64,000 bases of DNA. Source: Pocillopora damicornis. Its lineage: Eukaryota. Below the pieces are notes generated by a model that saw only the letters and a program-made list of their open reading frames with translations, was not told the DNA's origin and did not search any database. The translations under genes were made by a program, and so were the position numbers. This document shows, piece by piece, positions 1 to 12,359 of the stretch (position 1 is the first letter of the stretch; every line of letters starts with the position of its first letter). Where the stretch lies: NCBI RefSeq assembly GCF_003704095.1, contig NW_020845410.1, forward strand, positions 1,302,001 to 1,366,000, written 5' to 3'.

Positions 1-1928
1 CAGTAGACAAGGAGGTCATTACCAATGTTGTCAATATGTCTCAGACACCACAAGTGGTAAGGAAACAACTCAAACGTAGTGGTTTTTTAAGGTTGTAGGT
101 GACGTTTCTCCTTTGTGCGGTGACGCCCCAAGTTCCGTCAACCCAGGTGAAGTTCCATCGCCTCGAAGTATGGTTGCGTCGCCGTCAACTTTTTCTTTAG
201 TTTCATTAAGGATTTAGACATATTTTGACATAAGTTTCAAAGCTTTGAGGTTCAACGGCCTGATTATCAAAACCTTCAATCAACGGTCGTGTCCAAAAAG
301 CTAACAATATGAAGTCGCTCTAAGTTAGGAACTTAGCAATTGCAACATTGCGACCGTTGACCACACTTCGGGGCTACGTAACTTCTCTCGGGGGCGAAGG
401 GACTTGGAGCGACCGTGTAAGGGAGCGACATTACCTGTTACCGTATTCACAGTGCTTAGGATGGTTGGGTCTTTTGGTGATGCAGCTCGAAACAGTCATG
501 TTTCACGGAACGCTTTTTTTTTTAGGTTGCTGCTGTTGTAATGAGTGGACGAATTACTATGTACGATGTTTGTAGCTGTACAGCAATATGTCATGTTGGG
601 CTGCCCGAGTCTTATCTGCTCTCACCACAGCTGCCATGTATCTGTGCTAACGGCAAGGTCTTAATTTTGATTGGTGCGCAAAGTAATGGAGAGAATCAAG
701 AAGCGTTGAACAGAGAGGTGAGTGTATGATCCAAAACAGTCACATGATCGGCTGTACCTTGTGTGCTCACTTTCTGTCCTTACCACATTTTGACGTCATG
801 GGACCTATTAGTGAAGAGATACAGGACAACATAGATAGAATCTCCTTGTTAAACATGCACTGGGCAATTATCGAACGTTCTTGTCTGACTGTGCCTCCAA
901 ATTGATGATGCTGTCACAGTCCAAAAAAACATTGCCTAGCACCTTTTAATGATGAATATTATTCACTCATTTCACTGTCAGCCGAATTAAAACTCTAAAT
1001 CGTAATGTTTACAGAAACCTTACCTGAAGGTTGAAATCTTTGTTTTTTCGCCAGTCAAACTGTCATGACGCTGAAGAGCAACATTTTTTGTTCGTTTTTC
1101 AGACAACAGTGCCGTTTTCTTACAATCTGCAACTCTTCCCTACCCTGAAAAAATACTGGAGAGAAGATGTAACCTCTGAGGTGTCGCCTCCAAAGCAAAC
1201 TGATACTATCGAAGCAAGGCTACATTCTCTCATCCAGGGAAGGTGTGTTACCTTTAGTTCTACTCAGGAGAAACGATGATACATTTGATAAACGTAATTT
1301 TTGGAGTCCTCATTAATTTGAATTAATAGTTACGGTGATCATCTCAGCACAGGACTTGCTGACTGATTGTCGTGAAAGCCAAGAAGTACTTCAAGGAGGC
1401 AATGAGAACGCAGAGTAAAAACACAATTGGTTTTGGATTTTGCTCTATTTTGGCTAAGAAATGTTTTGAGCTAATCAGGGAGCGTGGTTAACCATATAGG
1501 CAAATGTTATTACAAAGTATTTCAAAGCCTGTTATTTCTCTTCTTTGCGCGCAAGCGCAGAAAATTTTGCAGCCATCATTCCAGAATAAATTCCAGTTAA
1601 TTTCATATTTTATGAAAATAAATAGGAGTGAAATAAACACAACTGTTAGGCATATACTATCCTGAGGGAAGCTCTTGCAAAACATTGTGCCTTACCCGAA
1701 AATGTCAGTGCGCTAAATGGAATCCCTTTCAGTTTTATTCGTCATCAGAGTTAAAAGTTTTTAGCTTAAATATTTCCTCTCTCCTCTCATGAAGACTTGT
1801 TAGCCAAGAAGACAGGCAGATGAGACTTCAACAGCGATGGGCTCAGTATCAAACTGAGCTGAAGAATATCCACAACAACAAGACGAGGAGAAATTACTCC
1901 ACATGGCTGACGGCAAAATCTGTGAGTG

Positions 1929-1983
1929 TTACATGAGGACATCACGTGAGGACATTACATGAGGACATTACATGAGGACGTTA
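1929..1983. repeat. 13-bp tandem minisatellite (TTACATGAGGACA x4)
   Basis: Four consecutive units with 0-2 substitutions each. Confidence 0.9.
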
Positions 1984-3642
1984 TCAGGGGGAATAGATAG
2001 CTTTTGCAATCTTGATCGTTGTCACAGTACCGTGACATTCTCAGAAATTTCACTTGTGTGCGAATTGCAGTGTAAGCTGGCCAACAGAATTTTATATCTC
2101 TGACAGAAAGGAATTTGAGAAAGTTCCATGACAAAACTATGCACAGTAAGTGCGAGAAAAATAGATAAATACTCAGGACGCAAAATTTATGCAGGACAAT
2201 GTGAGAAGTGTTTACTAGAATATAGTAGTTACTTATTTCTGTTCCACCACACAAACTTTCATGACACATATATATATATATATAAATTAAAAACTGTGTA
2301 CCACATTCTTTTAGCTTTGTTTCGAAGATTGCAAGGTCATGGAATAACATTGGTCTCATTTGAACTTTCGTAGAATGTGTTCACTCTGTGATGTTACAGG
2401 GTAAATTTATTACGCGGATGGTTTCGACCAAATAAACATGATGACTCTACAGTTTGACGAAAGAACGTTTTAAATTTCGAACTTGATGTTTTAACCAGAG
2501 ATTTGAAGAGAGGAAACTGGAGTCAAACAGGAAATGTTCTGCTGCAATTTATTCCGACGGATGTAACGAACCATTATTTAATCCGGTGCACATTTTCAGA
2601 ACACAGCAGCTTAACTTAGGTAAAGATACAATTGAAAATGTGTGATTCAAACATCGTTTTGTTGATTTATGATAACTCTTACGTTCTATTTCTGTCAAGA
2701 TAATATCATTGATGAAGTTAGGGACCTTCGTATTGCGTCAGAGCCTGCGTCGGACTTCAGACCCGTTCGTTGCTCCATACTGGAAAATGTAATATGTTAG
2801 ACAGTTGTTCAAAACAGTTAGGGATCGAGAAGTTAATTAACTGGTGGTGTAATTAAAAAAAATTGTTATAATTTTTTTTCTCTAATATGAGTATATAGGA
2901 ATTTAACATGCTGATTTCTTGTATGTCTGTGAACAATTCAGTACCACACATGCCACGCTGGCAATAAAATTGTCTGTTTTTCTTTTTTTTTCGGATAACA
3001 TAGTGTAGAACCCGTTTGCGTAATTGCGAGTCTTGGATCTTAAACGGCATCTTTTTTTTATCTTTGACTTGTAATGGAGACCCAACGAAACAGATCCATC
3101 GTGTATCTGGATGTGGAGTGTAACAAATTAAAATGCATACGTAGGCTCCAGATTAAGTTTTCCATCATTAACAATGAAAGCGTAACATGACAAATTTGAG
3201 AAAGATGTTCAAACGGAAGTCTGCATCCGGCGTAGTTCACCAGATAGGCTTCGAGCTGGTTTCACCCGCATCGTAAATGAATGAAAGATACATCATGCTA
3301 GGAAAGGAGCAACTTTACTCCCAATTTGTTAACGGTTAAGGAAAATTAAAACTGTTTAACACAAAATATTAAAGTATTCAAAAGCAAACTTTTCAAGAAG
3401 GAGCTGTATTGCACTGATTACCGTTCTCCTTTGTTTGTATTTCCGTTTGATGTTGATACTTTAAAGCCTTGGGGCATTAAGTTTATTTCTTTTCTTTCTA
3501 ATGACCAAACTTGCGTCAGAAGAGTCATTGTCAGCGTATAAAATGGCTTACGCATGGCACAAAACTCGTCTAACTACAAATTGCTGGAAAACTGAGGCAT
3601 CTGCTACCGTCGAGAGACTTTTAGCTGCATCTAATCCGAAAT

Positions 3643-4686
3643 ATGTACAACGTATCGGAAAAGAACACAAGCCAAAGCAACAGTTTTTATTATGTGCCAG
3701 CAATTTTACCTTCCCAGGCAGCTGGCATTGCATTTTGCGTCGCATTTTTCTGCGTTTTAATCTTCATTGTAGTCGGAAACGGTACCACCATTGTGCTTTT
3801 TGCATTTAACAAGACACAACGCAAGAAAACTTTACTTCTGGTCGTTAACCTGGCTATTGCTGATTTCATGTTAGGGGCTGTATCTTTACCTCTGTTCATT
3901 ACTTACTTCGTTGGGAATTATTATCAACTATGGTTGGTCCAGTTCAGGAATCTGCGAGTAGTCTTTTTCTATATATTCGTAGATTTAGCTCTCTCGCAAG
4001 CCTCGTTCCTCGCGGTGATTTTCGTATCTTGTGAGAGATTTTACGCCGTAAACTTTCCATTTAAGCACCGAACGTTGTCCTCGCGAGCATACTGGTTAGT
4101 CATTTTAACGGTGTGGATACTGGCCTTCCTAATTGCAGCGATAGGGACATTATTGAGTTACTTTGTTTCATTCAGAGCCACTGTGACTTTTTGGGTTTGT
4201 GTTGCTCTGACTCAGATACTCATCGTATGCGTTTGTACTATCGGTACGTGGAGAAAGTCTCACGAAAAAAATGTCGCATCGCAACAGCAAAACAGAGCCG
4301 CGAAAAACAAACGCTTAACAAAAACGTTGCTGTTTGTATCATTTGTTGAACTGCTAACCTGGTTGCCGTTGATTACACTCGACTGTTTAACCCTTTCAGG
4401 TGTTGGTCAAGCATATTTCGACTACCGAACTTTTCAATTCGTCGTAAACGTTCTTAATTTCTCGGGATCCTTTGTCAACCCCATCGTCTATGTATTAAGG
4501 ATTCCGGAAATCAGACAAGCGCTGAGTTTGTGCTTCAACAGAAGGGAAAACGTATCTAGCAGGAAACGGACTGAAACGACAAGTAGCGAGATGTCAGTTT
4601 CGACGCCAGTAAAAGAGTTTGGAATATTACCAAGCTATCCTAGTCGACTTCAAGTGGCCTCTCAAGTTTTTGATACGCGATTTTAA
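3643..4686 (+). CDS. Intronless class A (rhodopsin-like) GPCR, 347 aa
   Basis: 7 hydrophobic segments; GN (TM1), LAIAD (TM2), CERF (DRY-equivalent), WLP (TM6), NPIVY (TM7); ends DTRF. Confidence 0.95.
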   Translation: MYNVSEKNTSQSNSFYYVPAILPSQAAGIAFCVAFFCVLIFIVVGNGTTIVLFAFNKTQRKKTLLLVVNLAIADFMLGAVSLPLFITYFVGNYYQLWLVQFRNLRVVFFYIFVDLALSQASFLAVIFVSCERFYAVNFPFKHRTLSSRAYWLVILTVWILAFLIAAIGTLLSYFVSFRATVTFWVCVALTQILIVCVCTIGTWRKSHEKNVASQQQNRAAKNKRLTKTLLFVSFVELLTWLPLITLDCLTLSGVGQAYFDYRTFQFVVNVLNFSGSFVNPIVYVLRIPEIRQALSLCFNRRENVSSRKRTETTSSEMSVSTPVKEFGILPSYPSRLQVASQVFDTRF

Positions 4687-6095
4687 TTATGTGCAGCATA
4701 AGAGCTATTACTGATGTTGATCAACCGGCGTGCGTATTTACATAAAATGATATAACAATTATTTTCTCAAGAATTACCCAGCAGAATTGAAACAATCAAT
4801 AAATGTGTGAACTAAAATGTACTTTAAACATTTCGTTTGGAGTCAATCCCGTTTCAATTTACGACAGTGACATTTTTGAAAGAGACTTGGTAAAGTAAGG
4901 TAGTTGGACTTAACTTTCTGCAGTCTTTATCATTGCAGATCAAAATAACAGCCACTGAGTCTCACCCTATTGTACATCGGTATTGTACAGCCCATGAAAT
5001 TTTCTTGCCGTAAATGTAATATATCAAAATATCAGAAAAGTATTGTTATTGTAAAACGGGCTTTTTGCGATCACTCTAAATTTTTGCACCACTTTAGGTC
5101 TTGGGCTACGGGAAATTTGAGGATTTTGTGATCTTATTTTGCGTGGGACGGCCCGAAGACGAACAAAGGTTAAAAACACAAATGAAGAACTATTCGTCTA
5201 TTCATTTTCTCTTTTTTTGTTACATTCTCGTTGCCGCTGCCGTCATGGTTTTCTTAAATTCCCAAGTATAGCTGGAGGCTGACACACTTGACTTCATCCC
5301 CCTAGGCATGCGCATTACAAGTGTCTAATTATCCAACCAAAAATACCAAAAAGTATGCAATGACGTCAATAGTTTGAAAAGCTCTGTTTTCGGTGAGCGT
5401 TTTACCTATATTAGTGAGAACAGTAGAATCCAACCAAAAGGATAAACTCGCTTTTTCATATCTCTCCGGCGTGGTGTGAACGGGCTCTTAGGTTGATCCT
5501 CCAGCTTGTCTGTATATTTCTTTAGTCCTGAGGTACTTTGAAGATTGTTATATCTTTGACTCTATTGTTAGGACTGTGTCGTTTTAACCACATATCTCCT
5601 CAGCGTGTTCCTGATAGGATTTTTTTTCTGAGATGAATTAAAAATCGTTCGCTTATTCGAACTGTTAAATAATCTCTCAAACAACCCTTCCAAAGCTGCT
5701 CACTAATAACCAACGACACTTCTAAGTTAAGTCATAATTCTGATTAAATCATTTGCATAAGTTTAGCCTAAATTTTCCTAATTTACCTAAAAACTTGAAA
5801 GATCTGAGTTTTACTCAGTTGCCATCCTCTTACTGCTTTTCCGTTGTTGTTAAAAAATTGATCTCAATAGTTTGCCACATTCAGTGAGATTAAAATTGAA
5901 GTTGGTAATTGTAGTTCTGGTTAATCAGCTGCTTCCTTTGTGCCTGAAAATATAAAAAGCACTCGCGCTACGTAAACAGAAACCCACGACAGAATATTGT
6001 GGGCAGGAAATGGTTATAAATGTCATAATAGTTAAAAATATTTATTTCAGCTCATCCCAAAGGAAGCCTTTGGAGTGACAATGTTACTATGTGGT

Positions 6096-6319
6096 AGGAG
6101 ATGAACTTAATTCGTTTGTCTTCGTTTGTCTCACGATAGAGTCACTTTTGATGTTGACAATAGAGTCACTTATTTTGATGTTGATGTTGAATCGACCTCA
6201 TCGCCTGATGAAGACTAGCAGTATCGCAGTCGAAACGTCGCGATCGGCGTCAAAAGTGTCTCTATCGTAAAACAAACGAATAAAGTTCATTTCCTATCTT
6301 ACACCACGATGAACAATAC
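6096..6319 (+). mobile_element. Fold-back Penelope-type non-autonomous insertion (family A) with hammerhead motif
   Basis: Flanking 10-bp direct repeat ACTATGTGGT (6086-6095, 6320-6329); 6097-6155 is an imperfect inverted copy of about 6245-6294; similar to the 29.6-kb element. Confidence 0.8.
6200..6244 (+). ncRNA. Minimal type I hammerhead ribozyme with intact core
   Basis: ATCGC-CTGATGA-A-GACT(agcagtatcgc)AGTC-GAAA-C-GTC^GCGAT; stem I ATCGC/GCGAT, stem II GACT/AGTC, palindromic ACGT in place of stem III; predicted cleavage after C6239. Confidence 0.85.
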
Positions 6320-6439
6320 ACTATGTGGTGTTTTGAAATTGTGTTTATCTTGAACGTAGAGATATCAATTATCAAAAATAATCTACAGAGAAAAACTTCA
6401 AATTAGTGTGATATCTAATGAAAAGTCCGGCACGTGTGT

Positions 6440-6760
6440 TAAAACCAATTCCAATTCGGTTGCCTTCTTAGGCTGGGTAATCAACATGACCGATAACCCC
6501 CTCAACACATGTGTCTGCAGAGAAAAAACCAACAAAAAGCTTCTACTCCATTATCAGAGCCATGTTGACAATAGATATAAACGATCGCTAATAACAACTA
6601 TGCTTGATCGCACCAACCGCTTGTAATCCTCACCGGATCTTTTCTCGGATCTGAAAACAATGTTTCTGAAACTGAAACACTCTGAGAAATTTATTGATTC
6701 TAATTTTAAGAGATTCCACGCTTCCCAAGACCAGAACCAAAATCGAATTGAGCAAATCTG
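6440..6760 (+). mobile_element. Decayed Penelope-like element reverse transcriptase (C-terminal/thumb) fragment
   Basis: Translation ..VAFLGWVI..VCREKTN..LLHYQSHVDNRYKRSLITTMLDRTNRL*SSPDLF..LKTMFLKLKHSEKFIDS resembles the PLE RT pattern (PFL..VYRKPT..HY.SH....K..L..R...S..L....YP); internal stop. Confidence 0.75.
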
Positions 6761-7290
6761 GTTGTAGTGCACGGTCGATTTTCTTTCCACGGTCGCTTTA
6801 GATAGCTTTATCCAGCTATTCAGAACTTTGTTTAAAAAATCCTGGTAGGGAAGCAGTTTTTGTCAGCAAGTCTAGCTCGCTGTTAAATAACAGCCAATGA
6901 AAGAGAATGGATCTTTCTCTAATCTGTGTTATTCCTTAACGTCTAGCGCGTAAGTAATTATACATTCGTTAAAGCCAAGATTCTTTGGAAAACTTGAGTA
7001 GGTGAATAAGCTCTTGATATGAATGTAAAATGAGTACAGAACGGAAATATAAAAGAGCCCTGAACGCGAGAGAATTATTTCTACCGTTTTTTCTGTCAAA
7101 CGTTCCAAAATGGACTTTCGTCGTTCAAATCGCCTCTGTCCGTTCCTCCTTTCAGGACATGAAAGTAATAGCACTATCAGGTTTCATCGCAACTTCGATT
7201 CCCGACATTAAAGTATTCTACTTGTGTTTTCCAAACATAATTTTCATTTTCACAGGGTTTCTTTTTTTCATGGAAAAGATAAAAATTATG

Positions 7291-7813
7291 CTAAACTGTC
7301 GTTGTGTACAATTTGGTATGCATCGGATCTCGTTGACGAGATGTCATTTCATGTCTGTAATGAGTCATTGAGTGCCGAAGCCTATACTTTCTTCTCTTAT
7401 TAAGCAGATTATTCATAGCTGGTTGTCCTCGGAAACAAGAACGTTTCAGAGCCTGCCGAAACTCGGCAATTCTTAATACATAAACCACTGGACTAATAAA
7501 AGAATTGGAGTAGTTGAAAAGGTTTAGCAAATGATAAACGGTTTGTCGTAGATGAAAAAACCAGAACTGTACTGCGTTAGCAATAATCAAGGGCAACCAC
7601 GCCATCAAAGCCAGGCAAGATACAAATAACAAGGTCTTTGTTAAGCGCGTATTTCTGTTTGTTTCTGAGTCTCTGTTTAGTTGCGGTGGTGAGGCACCCT
7701 CTCCATGAAACTTTATCAAAATGCCAATGTTGCAACCACATATTATACACATGAGAATAAAAGCGTATGGCACCCAAAAATACATAACATACTCGTGCAG
7801 CTGCAAGACATAC
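7291..7813 (-). CDS. Class A GPCR, 3' half (TM5 to C-terminus); 5' part lost in N-gap
   Basis: RLTKTLLFVS..AWLP..NSFISPVVYVLRIAEFRQAL matches array paralogs; ORF runs into gap 7814-7913. Confidence 0.9.
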
Positions 7814-7913
7814 NNNNNNNNNNNNNNNNNNNNNNNNNNNNNNNNNNNNNNNNNNNNNNNNNNNNNNNNNNNNNNNNNNNNNNNNNNNNNNNNNNNNNNN
7901 NNNNNNNNNNNNN
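7814..7913. other. Assembly gap (100 N)
   Basis: Run of N. Confidence 1.
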
Positions 7914-8066
7914 ACCGTTTATCATTTGCTAAACCTTTTCAACTACTCCAATTCTTTTATCAATCCAGTGGTTTATGTATTAAGAATTGCCGAGTTTCGT
8001 CAGGCTCTGACAATTTCTTATTTCCGAAGACAACCAGCTATGAACAATCCGCCATTACAGACATGA
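7914..8066 (+). CDS. Class A GPCR 3' end (TM7 and truncated tail), close paralog of 7291-7813
   Basis: TVYHLLNLFNYSNSFINPVVYVLRIAEFRQAL..MNNPPLQT*; a 41-bp deletion relative to the paralog leaves HYRHEMTSRQRDPMDSKLYTTTV* out of frame (to 8124). Confidence 0.85.
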   Translation, partial: TVYHLLNLFNYSNSFINPVVYVLRIAEFRQALTISYFRRQPAMNNPPLQT

Positions 8067-9166
8067 AATGACATCTCGTCAACGAGATCCAATGGATTCC
8101 AAATTGTACACAACGACAGTTTAGCATAATGATACCGATTATAATAATGATGTTGGTCCATGTGATGACAACAACACATCATTTATTTATGTAGCTGCAT
8201 AACATTCAATAACGGTCAAGAAATGAATTACATTCTTACCGAGGCATGATTCATCCACGGCTTCAGTTTGGAGACTTTAAAATTAATCTAAACAGTCTGG
8301 TAACACCTTGCCGCTTATGTTCCTTGATATCTATTCAACTTTGTGTAATTTTATTCTCAGTAAACTGATTAGCATACCTAACAACTACATCAGGTTAACG
8401 TTTGTCACCGGAGGCTAGTGAACATGTAGATAAGATGAAAAAACGTATGTCATCATGACTTGTCTGCTGATGTGTCATTCGAGAAAAATAAGCAAACAAA
8501 CCGGCAGCCGGTTCGTCAAGTCAAGACTAGTGTCTTAGAAATCCCAATAATTGCCTGTTAAGTTTGCTCATTTGTTGTAAAAAGGACTTTCCTCAGCTAA
8601 ACGTGCATTTGAATCGTTCTATAATACCAGTAGAAAATACAAAAATTATCCATCGAATCATATCCACTTCCTCAAAATTGAAGTACAAAAAATATAGGAA
8701 TCGGTTGAAGATATTAATAAATTTGGCATACACTCACCACCACTTTACTTTTGTAGACGTACTTTTAAGCCTCCCTTGTAAAATGAAACTTGATGTTAGA
8801 TAGTCATAATTAATGACGACAAAACGGCGCTGTGGAGGCAATGTGGCATTGCCCAGCAATTTAATTTTGGAGCTTATTTTAAGATAAGTTTATGAACACG
8901 GAACATGGAAATGGCTATCTCACATCAAAAGTAAACTTAAACAGGTAATTGACATCGGAAGAAAACCTATTGGCCAAAGGAAGGCGACAGATGTGCTAAC
9001 TACTCAGACAAAGACTTCCTTTTAGTGGACTTGTGTACATATCGAAAAACACCAAGTTCAAAAGTGGAAAGAAGATCGCTCACATTATCTGAAGACTCAT
9101 CAGATAAATAGATTATATCGGAGTTGATAATTAGTACATTGGCCACCGAAAAGGGTTTCACCCGAA

Positions 9167-9200
9167 GCTTACGTTTCGGGTGTTAACCAATCGTCAGAGC
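9167..9200 (-). ncRNA. Minimal hammerhead motif (family B), core intact, stem II weakened
   Basis: Reverse strand: GCT-CTGACGA-TTGGT(taac)ACCC-GAAA-C-GTA^AGC; neighbouring 9110-9165 resembles the arm of the 20-kb element. Confidence 0.65.
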
Positions 9201-9404
9201 GAAAGGTATATAAATTCGCTGAAATTACGACGACGTAAGGTTCCAAACAAGACCATCCTTAGAACTGCGTCAGTTTCCCTATACCACTCCTCTGATGAAA
9301 AAAAGATCGTTCGGTCATGCAAGAAAAAACAAGAAGAAAAATGAAAACAAAACAAAACTCACGGTGGACCTAATGAATTTCTAATCAGTTGATGTATAGG
9401 GAAA

Positions 9405-9610
9405 CACAATATCTGTTACAATCCATTTTTTTTATGCATTAAGAATCGCTAAGTTTCGACAGGCTATGGAATTCACGTTGTTTCGGAAGAGACTGAGCCA
9501 TGCAGCTATGAACACGAAGCTTACTAAAAAATTAGGAATGACTGGAAAGTAAAAATGATTTCAGTCACGAATGGGGTTTGAACTAGATGTAATGGATAAC
9601 AAATTGCAAA
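9405..9610 (+). pseudogene. GPCR 3' remnant (TM7 to C-tail)
   Basis: Frameshifted NP..YALRIAKFRQAM and tail ..FELDVMDNKL; downstream flank 9760-9970 is homologous to 8360-8570. Confidence 0.75.
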
Positions 9611-11247
9611 TGAGATCAGTTAAACCAGCAGTTTAGTTTTAGTTATAATTCAATATAAATGACGCAGGATAATCACAACTGTTATATAACTACACCTATT
9701 GTATAATAGTTACAGCTTGGAGTTACTTAATAACTATCTAACTTTATGAAGTTTATTTAACAGTAAATTAGCATATTCTATGGCTACATCAGGTTAACTC
9801 TTAAAGATAACAACAAACAGAATAGATAATGAAGGTATATGCATGTCAAACTTGACCCAGGCGGCTGATGTGGGATTCAAAAAAATATAAACAAACAGAC
9901 CGCGGCAGTCAATATTAAGTCAATAATTGTGTTTTAGAAATAGTATAATCATTGCGGTTAGATTTTTAGGACTTTCCTCCGCAAAGCACGCGATTGTAAG
10001 GCTTTATGATTATTGTAGGAAAGACGAAAATTATTGGGTCCATTTTCTCAAAATTGAAATATACGATATAGTCATGGATAATGGCTATTTTTTGCGGAGT
10101 TAACGGGCTCAAAAATAAATAAAATTTGGTAACAAAAGGCATTTGACCACTGATCCTCTCATTGAGCCTTATATTTAATGGCGTTCTCTTTTCATTATTT
10201 GAAGACATGTCGTACTGCTTTTCTTGAGATTTTTAAATTGGAGAATATTTTGTAGGGATATTCCAATTTCTTTCATTGATTCCTGAATAACACGGAGAAA
10301 GACTTGACGATACGTGAGGACTTGTAATTTCTTATTAAAAAAGGATGTTTGACATCGGAAGAAATCATCTTTATTAATTTGCATGATAAAGAGTCCGTCT
10401 ATGAGACCAAGTGGGACAGATGAACCTGATCTATTCAACTGAACAAAGACTTCCCGAAGGGAGCGATTACGAAATGGGTTCATCAGAAGCTAATACAGTA
10501 TGACAAGAAGCCAGAGATTCTTATTAATAAGCGTTTCTCCAAATTTGAAATGCGAAGAGAATTTTCAGTCTATTTCTGAGCCTTCACTTCTAACGGACTG
10601 TCTTACTCAGATCCGCTGTGCAGTTACATCGAAGTTATCGTTTGGTATTCTTATTTGGGACCTTGGATTTCCATAATGCTGATGTGATGCATAATATATG
10701 CTTTTTCAATAAAAGAACGATTTTGATGTGAGTCGAAATGTAAATTTCGGTATGCCAAGGACACACGAGCAATATAGCTATAAAACCTTGACTAAGAACA
10801 CTTTTCAAGGTCGGAAAGGAGGGACGGACAGAGGCGATTCTGAACGACTAAAGTTCATTTTGTAACGTTTACCAGAGAAAAAACACACGAACATCGTCAG
10901 ATGGCATTGTGAGAGACACCTACTGTCTAAAACCTAATGTAATTTCTTTGTCTTTACAGTCACAGTGGAAATCATTCCCTCGCGTTCTGGGCTCCTTCAT
11001 ATTTCCATTCTGAACTCATTTCATATTCATATCACGGGCTTACTCACGCGCATGTTCCAAAGGATCCCCGGCTTTAACGACTGTTTGCATGTAAACTAAA
11101 CGTTGAGAATATCTCTATGAACTGCTTGCACTCGAAATGGAGGTTAGGGGAACACAAAATGTTTTCCAATTCTGCTACTTGACATCCAGCACTTCAGAGC
11201 TCTCGATACCAGCTCAGTATTATCGAGCGGAAGCATAAACTCCCAAA

Positions 11248-11278
11248 ATGAACATGATAACAAATACATCTGCTACTA
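11248..11278 (+). CDS. GPCR N-terminus running into gap
   Basis: (MN)MITNTSAT resembles the MNNTSAA starts of array paralogs. Confidence 0.6.
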
Positions 11279-11378
11279 NNNNNNNNNNNNNNNNNNNNNN
11301 NNNNNNNNNNNNNNNNNNNNNNNNNNNNNNNNNNNNNNNNNNNNNNNNNNNNNNNNNNNNNNNNNNNNNNNNNNNNNN
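11279..11378. other. Assembly gap (100 N)
   Basis: Run of N. Confidence 1.
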
Positions 11379-11403
11379 TAGTAGCAGATGTATTTGTTAT
11401 CAT
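11379..11403 (-). CDS. GPCR N-terminus running into gap (paralog of 11248-11278)
   Basis: MITNTSAT; about 95 bp near-identical to the other side with 2 substitutions; carries the conserved upstream module at 11565-11675. Confidence 0.6.
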
Positions 11404-12359
11404 GTTCACTTTGGGAGTTTATGCTTCCACTCGATAATACTGAGCTGGTATCGAGAGCTCTGAAGTGCTGGATCGGTCAAGTAAAAGAATTGATGCAAGT
11501 TTTGTTTTCTCCCTCAGTTTTCTTATTTACCGACCAATTAGGATCGCATGAATGCTACCGTCAACTGTCAAAAATTTGTCAAGTAGTAATAACGGTACTG
11601 TGTTTCTTGTCAGTCTCCAATTAAGCTTGAGGCAGCTGATAGACTGATAGTCTCTTCTCCCATTAAAAAGCGTGGCCGTCTTTAAGAAGGTCTAGTCAAG
11701 TAAAATCACTTTGAAAATTTTTCAAAAAGTGGTTGCCACAAGACTTATTTTAATCGAAATCCTTTATCCTCTACATCAGACCGCAGACGTTTAGGGTTTA
11801 GAGCGAACGCACACATTTCGGATCATTTTTTGACCTCAAACTTCCCTGTTCTTTTTTATGTTATTATTTCTTTTCTTTATTTATTTGAATATATTTACCG
11901 ACATAACGGCCTTCTTTTGAAGGTCTCACTTTGGTCAACCGTTGGCCGTCAAATGGCCAAAATTTTAACCGTTAGCCTTAAAAGACACCATCTATGGAGA
12001 CCCTCGCTTTACGTAAGGGAAAATGAAACGTTATATTGGAACCTTTTAACTTTCCTAGGGTTAGTTCCATATTTCCATCCTAAAGAAACCCTTCGGTCTG
12101 TGTTTGAACAACTCGCAAGCTCTTCATTTAACTCTTTCTTTAGATAATCTTTCATTAATTTTAAAGCATTTAATTAAATTCTGTTTGGTGAGATATTACA
12201 AATCCTCTGTTTTCAGAATTGTTTGTCAGCAAGTTTTTCCTTGTTTTTAATGCGATCACCGGTTATTAAAAAAAATGAAGCAACCTTACCCCAAGATATT
12301 CCTTAAGTAAAAGTAATGGCTCAAAGTCAAATGAAGATCACAATAGAATAAGAGAAACA

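Noticed and set aside
1-1280. Possible exons of an upstream gene (GTAAG donor near 57, GTGAGT near 718, ORF 1031-1279)
   Set aside because: No recognisable protein similarity and no consistent exon chain could be built
1929-1983. CRISPR-like repeat
   Set aside because: Head-to-tail units without spacers in a eukaryotic context
11180-11478. Apparent long hairpin around the N-gap
   Set aside because: Better explained as two paralogous GPCR 5' ends at contig edges with a mis-oriented contig
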